Shown here piece after piece: positions 36,367 through 49,200 of a stretch of 64,000 bases of DNA. A program made the translations under genes and the position numbers. Below the pieces are notes generated by a model. It had not been told where the DNA came from. It saw nothing but the letters and a program-made list of their open reading frames with translations, and ran no database searches. How positions within the stretch are numbered: the first letter of the stretch is position 1; each line of letters begins with the position of its first letter. The stretch is from contig NC_091476.1 of NCBI RefSeq assembly GCF_036971445.1, positions 10,540,001-10,604,000 of the forward strand, in the 5' to 3' direction. This DNA is from Narcine bancroftii (Eukaryota).

Positions 36367-37344
36367 ACAAACTATTATTTTTTTAAAAAAAAAAGTGCAG
36401 TAATATTCTTTACAAATAGTAAAGACCTCACATTTCCGATTACTTGTATATTGAAGGTGGTTACTCATTATTGTGGCTCTATGGTGTTAAACTTCAGTGG
36501 GGTGGGATAGGCTGGACAAAAACAAAAACATTACTTCTATTTGAATCAGAGGGTTCATTCAATGCCCAAACAAGCAGTTTGCTTCATTCACGGAAGCACT
36601 AGGTGTCCATGGGAATAGAATTTAAGAATTTTGGAGACTTACAATTATATCTCAATTTCCTTTCACCAGCATATTTTTAAGAATTATGTCCTATGCAGAC
36701 TGCCAAATATTATATTCAAGAAAAATGTTAATAATCTGAATAGTTCAGGTCTTTGCCTCATTTGAATGGATGATTTTTTTAAAAAAAACTATGGAGATCT
36801 ACAACAACAGATACTACCTATTTGTGCTCGAGAGTGCTTAGAAAGTAAGTCTCCACAGGGAACAATTGTCCTTTGAAACATCGGATAACTTTGAGTAAGA
36901 ACAATTTTGCTGCAGTATTGTCCATTTTGGTATTTTTGTGATGAGCTGGATCAAACTGAATAAACTTTTCCTGTTCTTAATAAAATAAACAAAATATTGC
37001 TGGTATCTGGTTACTTTTCAATTTATAGAAGCAAAATTAATATTACGAATAGTCAAGAGTGAGGTCATTTTCCCTCAACATTCCAAGAAATTTAAAAAAA
37101 ATCTGTAACTAAAAATTGAATGCTTCAGCAGCTACTTCATTTCCCTCCATGGAGCAAAATTGAATGGTCAGTGCCTTATATTTGGGGTGGCACCAATTCC
37201 AAAATCAATGCATTTCCTGAATATACTTTAATGGAAAGGTTTTTAAAAACATTTAGAAAATGAGAAATTAAAAACTAGAAAATACAGAAATAGTCAACGG
37301 GTCTGACAACATTTTTGGGAAGAGAAGCAGAATTCGTATTTCAG

Positions 37345-38110
37345 GACACATCTTCCCCTCTCCGAGATGCCCTCATTCACTCCTCCCTTCCCATCCATCA
37401 CCCTCTTGGCACCTACCCTTGAGACTAAGAAATGCTGAATGTGCCCGCACCTCCTCCCTCACCACCATTTGGGGCCCCAAACAGTTCTTTCATGTGAAGC
37501 AACACTTCTTATGTGACTCTACACGGGACATCTACTGCATCCGTTGTAGTCTCCTCTATATTGGAGAGAGTGGAGGAAGACTGAGAGATTGCTTTGTTCA
37601 GCACCTTCACTCTGTCCACTGCCTGAACAGGGATCTCCCAGTAGCGATCTATTTCAATTCCCCATCCCATTCCGACATGTTTGTCCATGGTCTTATGCAC
37701 TGTCAGATTGATTCACCTTGTATTCCATCTGTGAACTCTTCAACCAAATGGCATTAACAAACCTCCAGTTTCCATTACCCCAGTCTCCCCTTCCCCTATT
37801 TCTACTTTCCTCTGTTTCTTTCCCTTTGGCTCCTTTCCTCTAAATGTATTAACAGAGATACCCCCTACCCCAATCAATTCTCACCTTTTCTCATCCAATT
37901 ATTGCCTGGTTGTTGACCTCTGCTCCCCCACACTTTTCTCCCTTCTCCCCCGCCCCGATTTTTATTCAGACACTGGCCTGCTTTTCGCTCATACCTTGAA
38001 GAAGGGCACAGACCTAAAATGTTGATTATATATATCTTTACTTCCTTTGGACACTGCAAGTTCCTCCAGCATTTGCATTTTACTACAATCACAGTATCTG
38101 CAGACTTTGT
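37345..38110 (+). mobile_element. Penelope-like element 3' part (GIY-YIG endonuclease remnant)
   Basis: ORF 37419..37757 IYCIRCSLLYIGESGGRL...HL...PVAIYFN; related pieces at ~3080-3500 and ~48120-48600 (-). Confidence 0.7.
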
Positions 38111-39717
38111 TTTTCACTCTATTATTTCTAATTTATGATTTTTCATCAAACTGAGACAAAGTTAGAAAACAAACATGTTCAAAACTGTACAGAAGGGGTG
38201 GGGGAAACAAAGTGGCAGAGGGCATTTCAGCATGTTAAAAAGTGCATATTTTATCAGAATAAGGCATTGTCCAAAACCAACTAGTTGAGCCTGTCCAGGC
38301 TTAGCTTGATCTGCAAAATACTTCAAGTATTTCCATATTTCAGCATTTGCAGTTATTTAGTTTTTTTAAAAAAGTTGAGTAAATAAAGGGACCTCATTCT
38401 CTAAATAATAATTTTAAATGTTATTTAAATGCTGCGATCTTTTCAATTTCATTAGTGTATCTTGACTAGTGAATTACCATTTCTCTAAATATCCCAACAA
38501 TAAACAATCCAACTTTGTCCAAAGCAAAGTGCACAACAGAATTTTCTGGACAATTCTTTTTATTTTGACGGTACCAGATTGCTATACCATGCCCATTAAT
38601 GACAAAACAGATCAAGAAGAAAAATAATATGTGGCCTGTGGCTTTCGATTGGGTGTTGCCAAATTCAAAACTGACAGATTTGGAAAATGTATCATAGGAG
38701 TTTCCTCACATCTCCATGGGTTTTCTCTGGGGGCTCTGGTTGCCACTGTTCAAAAACATACTGGGCGTGTAGGTTAATGGGATGTAAATTGGGCGACACA
38801 GACTTGTGGGCCAAAATGGCCTGTAACTGTGCTGTATGCCTAAATTAAAAAAGTTAAATCACACCACTACTGGACTTAACAGAGAAGGTGAGATCAATGA
38901 TCCTTATGATTCAAGATGTTAATGTCAATAGCAAAGGGCAAGAGATAAAATTATTTAAAAAAAAACACCACTGGTTTAAAAGTATTTAAATGAATTATTT
39001 TGTTGATGTCTAGCTCATTTTACTTTACAAGTTTGCTTTATACTTATATTTCTCTGAATATCAGAAAATCAGCAAACTTCGGGGAAAGAACCCAACTCGT
39101 ATCAACCTATTTCATGCTTTGTTTAAGACCATGATAACTCGGCATCTCCAATCTAACTGAAAGAGTTGGTCAGTATGCACATTATTTTACAGAACTCTTG
39201 AAATCACTCGAGACATTTCTTTACGATCAATCTAATTCTGCAAGGCTGTCAGGTTGGCAACATATTTATAGCTGGGAATATCCTAGTCTGCCTCTGACTG
39301 TTGCTTGTAATTGAGCAACAACCTCCCTTCTGATCTCTGATCCTACCCCTCTTTGCTTCATTCCACAACATTGGTGATGTGGTAGACAGTGAGGAAGGAT
39401 CCAACAGGAACTAGATCAGTTGGGTGGGAAATAATGTACTCAGCTGTGGAAGGTGTTAATGAAACCACACTTGGAGTAGTGTGAGCAATTCTAGGCACCC
39501 ATTTATAGGAGAGATATCAATGAATTGGAAGGGATGCATAGAGATTCACCAGGATGTTGCTGGGACTAAAGGGCTTGAATAACAGTAAATAGAGAACAAA
39601 TGCTATAATGAAAAAGGATAGGAGGGAAGTGTGGTAACATTTATCCCAAAATCTTAAAAGCAGAAAAATGGAGTAAAAAGTACAAGTTTGTACAACTGCC
39701 CACTGAATGATCTAAAC

Positions 39718-40890
39718 CAGGGGTGTCAAACTCAAATTCACAGAGGGCCAAAATTAAAAACTTGGACTAAGTCGAGGGCCGAACTAAATATTTATTGAAA
39801 TTTTTCAACAACATCTGCATGTTTTCTCTTCTTTCAACATATGTAATGTTAAACTTTAGGATATAACTTTAAGAGGATAATGTTACAGGTCAGGAGTAGG
39901 TAGCTCAAGTTCACCCTTTGCTTGACCTGAGGGAAACCTATTTGGTCCCTGTGGAGATGTCGTCAGCATTCACAGGCTGTGTCCATTTTGGCCTGCATCA
40001 GGACTCAGCATTTCCTGCTCACTCCTCAGGCTCTAGGCCTCTATTCACCCTCGACCCACCATCCCTCTACCTGACCAGTCCTTTACCCAACCTCTACTCA
40101 CCCCTCACTCCACTCGCTCTGCCTCTACTCACCCCATCCTATACACGCCCCTCTACTGCCTCTCCCCTCAACCTGTTCCTCCCTCTACCCGTCTCTCACC
40201 CTCTAATCACCCCTCCCCTACTCGCCCTGCCCCTCCCCTTTTACCTCTTCCCTATCCACCCCTCCTTCTACTCATCCCTCCCTCTAACTGCCCCTTGCAC
40301 CACCATAACTTCCCCTGCCCATTACTCCTCACCTACACCCTCTGCCCACCCCTGCTTACCCACCCACTCAGGCCCAGCGCGCTGCCGATCAGCCTTTGCG
40401 GACAGCCACCATCTCTCTCTTCACGTGCAAGGCCAAACCAGCCGTCCCTGGGGTCCGCGCGGGTGCAAGCGCTGAAGGCCGTGGCGACCGGGAGAAGTGC
40501 GCTCACGCTGTGGAAGGGCCGTCCCGGTGCCAGTCGTGCGGGGCTCGCGCTGCCCGGGGGCCGTGCGCAGCCTGCCATGCCCATTGTGCCGACAGGAAAT
40601 CACAGGCGCTCGCCCATCCGCCGCACCGCTTGACAGGTGGGAGAAGTGACTGGTTGTGCGGGGAGTCTTCCAACTGGCTTGCCGGCTGATGACATCGACA
40701 GACTTCTCGTGTTACAATTTCTCGTGTTACAATGGGGAAGGATGTGCAATGAAGTGGGAGAATGGTGGGGGTGACATTACCAAAAAACAGCATCGGCTCT
40801 CGCTTCAGGGCGGGTCACCTCTAATACATTTTTGAAATGATCTTGCGGGCCAAATATAATTATATCGCGGGCCAAAGTTTGACATGTGTG
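39718..40890 (+). mobile_element. Non-autonomous hAT (Charlie-type) element, copy 2
   Basis: CAGGGGTGTCAAACT...AGTTTGACATGTGTG; 8-bp TSD ATCTAAAC (39710-39717, 40891-40898); inverted near-copy of 5053-6242. Confidence 0.85.
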
Positions 40891-43148
40891 ATCTAAACAG
40901 TTTACAAGCATCTACAATTACCTGGATATGCCTTGACCAGCAGTTTGAAGATGTACAATAAGCTTAAGAATAAAATGTATCACCTTATGACACTTTTCAC
41001 ATAATTCTAAATAGTACATCAGTAAACTAGAACATAGACATTGGATGAACAAAAATTGAGATTTTTTATGGTTCACTTGGTTATTTCTTTATTGGCCATT
41101 AAAATGTTTCCTCACCTCAGTTGACCTTCCAGAATTGAGATGTTTTTTCCAAGCATTTCTAGTTTCTGCAGATTTTAGGATTCCCCTCATCTATTTATTT
41201 TTCTCTTCAGTACTCCTTAAATATTTTAAGCAATTTTCTTGGAGATTAAACTTGGGACCTCAAAATCTTTTCATTCTAATCACAAGATCAAAATTTTTGT
41301 TTGGACTAAGGAATCTCTTACTTTACTCCTCATCAACCTCATTATTTATCTGAATATTAATGGAAAATACTTGATATGTAAAGTTCACCAACCAATTTCA
41401 CTATGTTCTCTATGCTCAGTGTCAATCATAAATCTAGATCACAAGAAGCATATTCTCTTCAGCTTGCTCCAAACAATCAATGCATGAGAGACTTGCGCTT
41501 TGTCCAATTTTCTATCCATTTCAATGACTTACAACTGTGTATATTTCTTCTCATCTCAGCTGAAGTGGCTAAATCTTCACACTGAACTCCAGATTCAACT
41601 AGTTGGAAGAAACAGCTCCATGCCCCATAACCACTTCTCAATAACATCACCCCTCATTCTTCTAAACTCCACTGAATTATAGAACACTTTATCCCAATTA
41701 TCATTCTGAATCCAAGTACCCTTCCAGATAAGCTTTCACCACCCATGCATGATTTTTAATGTTATTAATTTTAGAGATATAACACAGTAATGGGCCCTTC
41801 TGGCCCATAATCCTGTACGCCCAGATACACCAATTCACCTGCAAACCTGTACATTTTTGGAGATAGGAAGAAACTGGAACACCAGGAAGAAAACCTCATG
41901 GATATGAGGACAATGTACAAACTCCTCAAAGACAGTGCCAGATTTGAACCTGGGTTGCTGGTGTTGTCGTAGCATTTTGCTAACTGTTACACTAACTGTC
42001 CTTGGTTTTGTACCGTAATGCCCACCCTACCTCTTAACAATGACAACATACCATTGTCTTTATGTATAGTGCCATTAATCTGTGAAATAATGCAAATACC
42101 TGTGCACCCATTTAAAACAAAAGCCTTTTTTCCATTTCCATGCCACATTTTATCCAATCATGTTACCTTCTACATCACTGTACACATTTTTTTCTGATCA
42201 GCTAGAATGAAAAATTCTCTCTGCTCATGTTAAAATTTATTAATTAAATTCCTTCAGCTAATTTTCTCTATCATAAACAGAAACATTAATTTTATCAGGC
42301 GCTTTAGGTTTCCAGATTGTTTATTTCACATTAATGTTTTAAATGATTGATTGATTCAGTATGTCAACATTATTTGGTGAACCAAAAGGAAAGTTATAAA
42401 AGGAAAACAATATTTTTTTTCTGCAGTGGAGAAACAGGAAATGACATTAAGAGGCAAACAGAGACTTAAGGGCTTCTTTATTTGGCAACTTGTAGATTAT
42501 AACATGGGGAAACAGTTTGATTTAAATCAAGGATTATGAAGCAGAAAAAATGTTTTTGAGATTCTAAACATTCACATACATTATCGGAATTCAAATGATA
42601 AAAGTGAGTGAATTCGGGGATTAAATACACTCAGATATTCATGTTTTATAGCTTGCTTGTTTACCAACAGTAAAGAAAGTTGGCAAAGGAATCTGAACTG
42701 ATTTGGAGAATGAATAACACGCAAAAATTTTAAAATTCAGATTGTCACATACGGTTTGATACCAAATCAGACATTTTACTGTAATTATATAATTGCAACT
42801 CTGAAGGCATTTACTTATATTTGTTACTCAATAGATAGTAACTACTCATTTGTGCATACAGCCACCTTTTCTCACTCTCACCGCTACTCATCCACTTATC
42901 AACATTGCCATACTGTGGAAAAAAATATTTTAAAATGGCGTTTACAACAAGTGCCTCAGTTGCCACTACTTTTTTTTGTAAAAGGCACTACCAACTCAGA
43001 AACCAATGATGTCCTTACAGACAGAGAGGGGCATACGCTGCATGGCTGACACATCTATCTTGATATTGGTACAGGGTCCAACCCTCAATACACTTTCAAA
43101 GGCTGCAAGGTGAGCGTTGACACTTGAAATGTAGCCCAAACAATAAAA

Positions 43149-43279
43149 CTAACCCATGTTCTGCCTGTTACCATATCCACGTTTATGAGTATCTTTCCAG
43201 TCATCCTTTTCACGTGCAATTCTCAGGGACTGTTCATCGTCAGCCTCGTTATCGCTTTCAGCTTCTTCTTCTTGATCAA
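43149..43279 (-). CDS. IGBP1: IGBP1 last coding exon
   Basis: DQEEEAESDNEADDEQSLRIAREKDDWKDTHKRGYGNRQNMG*. Confidence 0.93.
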
Positions 43280-46200
43280 CTAGAAGAAAGCTTTCAAGAT
43301 CAATTTAAAATCCACCAATTAAATTTGAGTTAATTATATATAATGAAACAGACATAGTGGTTGTGAGGTGTACACAAAATGCTCAAATATTCATCCTTCA
43401 CCTGAATTTTATTGGCTAGTTTAAGTTGATGTGGATACCAATGCCACTGGAATAAGGGGGGGGGGGGAAAGCTTGGTTCTCCTAATCATTGTAAAATAAT
43501 AATTGCAATTTATGCATGGATATTATTATTGTGGCCACTTTTGGAAGTTAAGCATAAAATTTGACATTTCTGTGCAGTAGCAGCTGATGAAATTTTAATC
43601 CAAGGTCCTCCTTCTCTGGTCAGAAATGTCATAGGATTATTTGCACCTAGTGTGAAGTTAGATACTTGGTGGAAAAAGCCTGACAAGGGTCACCACCAAG
43701 TGTTAGAAAAGGACTCCAGAAGTACTCGTGTGGTTTCAGATCTCATACCATTGGAGAGGAACTCTTCCCATGGGCCTCACTATGGGATTAGGAATTATCA
43801 AGCCATGGAAGTGGGAGGACATTCAAGGACTCAGCAGACTTGAAGTTGTGTGCGAAAATCTTAGGAGGGAGGTAAAATCTAATACTTAGGTGGAAACATT
43901 TACAGTGTTGCCAAAATCTGGCACTACTATTGACAGCAAGACTGATCACTGCAAGAGGGCAATGTCCTTAGCAATAGCATCTTTAAATCCATTTGTTCCT
44001 TTTCTCTATCATTCCCCCATATTGCCTCCCGTCTCCAAGTTGATGGCTTTGTTCAAAAGCACCAAAACACAAATTTTCTTGTTAAAACAGTGACTGGATT
44101 GAAAGACAGAGTACGTTAGATTTCCTGAAGTACATACCATGTGGTTGAGGTGGTGACTTGTATAGCTTCCCAAAATACATAATTTTATATATATAGTAAA
44201 ATCCCCATCATCTGGCATTCAATCAACAGGCAACCGGTTAAAAATTATCAAGGAAATAAATAAATTAAAAAATAATTAACAATAAATATCACTTTAAATA
44301 AAAGATTAAAATGGTAAAATTAAATGTGCTCTGAAGCAACACAACCCCCTGGGAGCAAACATTCAGCCTTGGTCATACCCAACCTGCAGCAGCTGTTTGA
44401 ATGAAGTTTCAATAAAGTTGAGTTTGAATAAAATGGCAGCACCCAGGACAAAGAGCCGATTGATGCTGCTTGCTGCTGGGGAGACTTTCTCAACAGGTCT
44501 CCCTATCCCCGCATGGTAAGAATCTTTATTTAGTGTATAAGTGTATTAGTAAGCCTTTATCTGTAAATGTGGGGGGGATGGGGGAAGAGGGTTAATTAAA
44601 ACAGTGGTACAATTAGCGTAGCGGCTAGCGCAATCCTGTTGCAGTGCTCATGAATGTGTTTGAATTTAAAGGAAGGTGAGCTGAGGGCCTGACTGGGACA
44701 ATTGCATGGAGGTGAGCTGGGTTACACCAAGGGCCTGACTGGGACACTGGCGTGGAGGTGAGCTGGGTTGAGCCGAGGGCCTGACCAGGACACTTGCATA
44801 GAGGTGAGCTGGGTTGCGCAGAAGGCCTGATCGGGACACTTGCGTGGAGGTGAGCTGGGTTGCGCAGAAGGCCTGAACGGGACACTTGCGTGGAGGTGAG
44901 CTGGGTTGCGCAGAAGGCCTGAACGGGACACTTGCGTGGAGGTGATCTTGGTTGTGCCGAGGGCCTGACTGGGACACTGGCGTGGAGGTGAGTTGGATTG
45001 CACTGAGGGCTTGACCGGGATATCAGAATGAAGAGTTGGTCGATGCTGCTCACTGCAGAGGCAACTCTCCCTAACGGTCTCCCTAACCTTACCTAGTAAG
45101 TCTATATCTTTACTAGTACAGGCAGTTCCCAAATTACAAATGAGTTCCATTACCTGGGTCTGTCCATAAACCAAATTTGTACACAAGGCAGAACAAGTTC
45201 TTACAGTTCTTATTTAATGTTCGTGAGATAATAATATGCGCATGAGCCAATGGGGGAACAGCCCATTCGTAAGTACAAGTTATTCGTAACCTGGACATTC
45301 GTAACCCGGGGAGTGCCTGCATTAGGCATATTAGTAAGGCTTTATCTGTAAACTTGGGGAGGGGTAGCTTAATTATGAAGACAGCAGAGTTAGTGTAGCA
45401 GCTAATGCAACACTGTTACAGTACTAGCAACCTGGGTTAGAATTTTAATTTTGTAAGTTATGGGAATCACTAATTACATTTTGCACCGTCTTTTTTCTTT
45501 TAAATGGTATATTCTTAATGCAAATGTTTTAGCTATTGTAAGAGTGAGTCTCAGTCAACTGGAAAATCTGCATTTCCAGCATCCGCAATCCCCATAGGTG
45601 TTGGGTAATGGGTGGGGGGGGGGTGCGTGTACATGGACATGCACATATATGTGTGTGCGTAGTGTAGAAAATATACACATATACTGAATATACATACACA
45701 CAACATAAATATGCATGCACACATACATGTGTGTATGTATATATGTATTGTGTACAAAATACATAGACTTCTACATACACACACACATATATATAGAGAG
45801 AGAGAGGGCATGTGTATAATTTATGTCATTCCACCACATGAGCAAATTCAATGTTAATTGCTTTAAACAGCCCTTTTTCTAGTTCAGGTGGTTTGTTGTC
45901 AGTTACTTAGTAATTATTTGAACAAGAATTGATTCAAAGCTATGCACATGCCCTTGAATGCAAGAGACAAGATTCAGCTTATTTAAATTCCCTCAAACTA
46001 GTCCAAACAACAAAAACTCCCAATGGTAAATAATTCTTCATACAAGGACAGAGCAGAAAAATATTTTAGAATATGAACAGAAGGTTGCAGTGATTTGATT
46101 TGTGTTGAACATGATTTGCAAACAAATCTTTTGATAATGGTTACCAGATAGTAAAATGAACTGCAATGGGACCTCTTGAATTAAATGAACTGTTCCTAAT

Positions 46201-49200
46201 ATATTTAACATGAAAGACAGAAAGCAAACTTTATATGGAATATCATTATTAATGAAGACCACTTTACATTACACTCCTTGATTAATATACAGTAATTTAC
46301 TTTGTTAATGATCCAGAGATGCACCATCAGTAGGAAATATACATTAACTGTTGTAACAATGAGTTTGTTTTGTTCTTCCTGATAAGGCTGGAGAACAATC
46401 TCTAAGCTGTCCACAGTGAAGATCATACACAGTGAATATGTAGTGTTACACTTCAAAAATAATAGTGCAAATGAAAGAATCACTACTCTATTTTGAATAT
46501 TGTAATGTCAATTTAAAGATTGAGTATCCTAGCAAAGCCAATGTATTAAACTATTATGGATCTGAGAAAAGGAACGTATAGAACGAATACAAAACCACAC
46601 TTTTTGGAAGAAACTATTCTTACCTGGACAACTTCTTGGAATTCCTTGATCAGGGAGGACACCCTGCTTCTTATGCTGCTCATACCAATCATTAACAGTC
46701 ATGGTGGGAATACTTGGATAACCAAGACCAAACACCCTAAAAACAAACATCATCAGGATATTAATCCTTTAGACCAGTGGGTCTCAACCTTTTTCTTTCC
46801 ACTCATATACCGCTTTAAGTAATTCCTATGCCATTGATGCTCTGTGATTAGTAAGGGATTGCTTAAGGTGGCTTGTGAGTGGGAAGGGAAGGTTGAGAAT
46901 CACTGCTCTGGACCCAATTGTTACTGAAATATTTTGCTTGAGAAAAATTGTCATTGGCCCATTTCCTTTGGAGTTAGGAAACCATGCACATAACGAGTAA
47001 TAAGATAATGTAATAATAAGATGGATGTTTTTGCCCACCAGATGATGAAAATAAGTAAGCAGGTGTAGCAAGAAGTTAAGAAGGCAAGAAGATTCACTAT
47101 ACACCATGGCAAAATTGGACCTTGAGCACTGTGTGTAGTCTAAGTCAGAGGAAAAATGTTCTTGCCATGGAGACAGTACAGTAAAGGCTGACCCAACTGA
47201 TTCCTGGGGCAGAAGGGTTAACAAACGAAGAGAGATTACGCTGTATTTTGTAGATGTTGGAAGGTAATCTCAAAGATTCAAAACATTCTAACAAGACACA
47301 CCAAGTTCAGGAAGGATGAGATCCAGGGCCTGGGATGATAGTCTAAGGATAAGAGTTGATTCACATAGGACTCAAATGAGAAGAATAATTTAATTAGTGA
47401 TTTCACCGCAAAAGGCAGTTGAAGACAAATCTTTAAAATCATTCAAGTAGCATTAAAATGCAGTTCTTAGGGCTAAAGCATTCAAGGAGAGAAAGTAAGA
47501 ACTGTATATAGAAATTGGATGATCCACCATGATCACGTTGAATGGTGGAGCAGATTTGAAGTGCAGACTAACTTGCTCCTATTTCTGCACTTCCATATTT
47601 GGAAGATGAAAACTGCTACATTGGAAATTAATGAAAATAATGATGCAATTTGGAGAATACCACACAATGCTATCTTGTCCTTAGTGCTATTTCTAATGGA
47701 CAGCATTTGAAATTGACCACAAAGTAAAACTTGCAGCAGATTCTTAATTTGCAGAGCAAAGTAAATTTGAGGATTGACTTGGTCAAACTTAAAACATTTA
47801 CAACGAGACATTATAAACACTATAGCAAGTTAGAACCTTAACATGTTATTGAGTTGGCAGTTTATAACAGATTCTGTCTTGGAATTTTCAACTTCAACTA
47901 TTAAGATGAAAAAAAGTTCTATAACTATTGTTTGCATGCCAAGTATGAAAGCAATCGACTTCATTCAGACAAAACCGAAAAGATGAATATCCATAGAGAT
48001 TGTTGGACGTATCAAATGAACTACAAATGTGAATTGTTATTCTAAGTTTTACATTCTGTGCAAAATATCAAATATAAAGTGATAGAGCTGAGATAACTTG
48101 GATGAGCAGTAAAAAGCAACTTTGAATAAACACAAAAGCTGCAGATGCTGGAATGTTGAGCAAACAAATTGCTGAAGGAACTAAGCAGCACCCATGGGTC
48201 AAAGTTGAGTCAAAACTCTTTAAAAGGTAAAATTAGATCCATAAAGTTGGTAAGAAACTGGGGCAGTGGTCCAGAGGTGATAGAACAGAAAATATGAGAG
48301 GTGAGGTGACAAGGTAGAAGAAGAAACAATTAGAAGGGGAGGAGATGGGAAGAAATGTTAGAGAGAAAAAAATGAGTATAGGTGGAAGTAAACAGATGGA
48401 AAGAGTGGAATTAGATACAGATGGGAGTTCCCTAAAATTGGAAAACTCAAATGTTCGAGTCAATGATTTAAGGCTATCCAAGAGAAAAATGACATGTTGT
48501 TCCTCAAATTTACATTTAGCCTCACCCTGACAATAGACGAGGCCAAGGACATATATTGTGGGAATTGCTGTGTTAGTTAAAGTGGTTGGCTGCAGGAAGG
48601 GCAGATTTGGACTCTTTCACTGAACTCCTATGTTTTATTTGTAAGTTTAAACTATTTATTCATTTGGATTTAGCCACTATAAAATCACTTGAAATTTACC
48701 TTGGCCAGGACAAATACAGAAAATACAAAATTTAGCGCATGTACGTGAACGTCAAAGAGGGACAAGAGGGAGTATGATTCTTTCAAATTGATAACCAGAT
48801 ATGGAAAATGGCCACATAGTAATCGCTTGGGAGAAATGTGAATTTAAAAAAAAACAAAATAAAAAAAATCATTTGGGAGAAGTGTGAATTAAAAAAAAAA
48901 ATTAAAAATTGTTTGGGAGAAGCGTGCATTAAAGAAAAACAAAGAAAAAAGCTCCTCATTAAATTTTAGATCTTTAAATTACTATTTAATACAGACATCG
49001 AATTTTTAAATAGCATTCTTGCTTACACTTACTTGGCCTCAACTGCATTTCGAGTAAGGATAAAAGGTTGCATTGGAGGTCTTTGAGGTCGAGTAACCCG
49101 AGGCTGAATAAGAGAGAAAGATCATTGTCTCAATAACATTTTCATATTGTAATATTTGTTGAAAATTTGACTGAAAACTTTTTCTAAGCTACTTTCAAAT

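Noticed and set aside
48820-48940. Three loose repeats TTGGGAGAA.TGTGAATT(A)n near IGBP1 exon 4
   Set aside because: Ordinary slippage duplication with no further structure.
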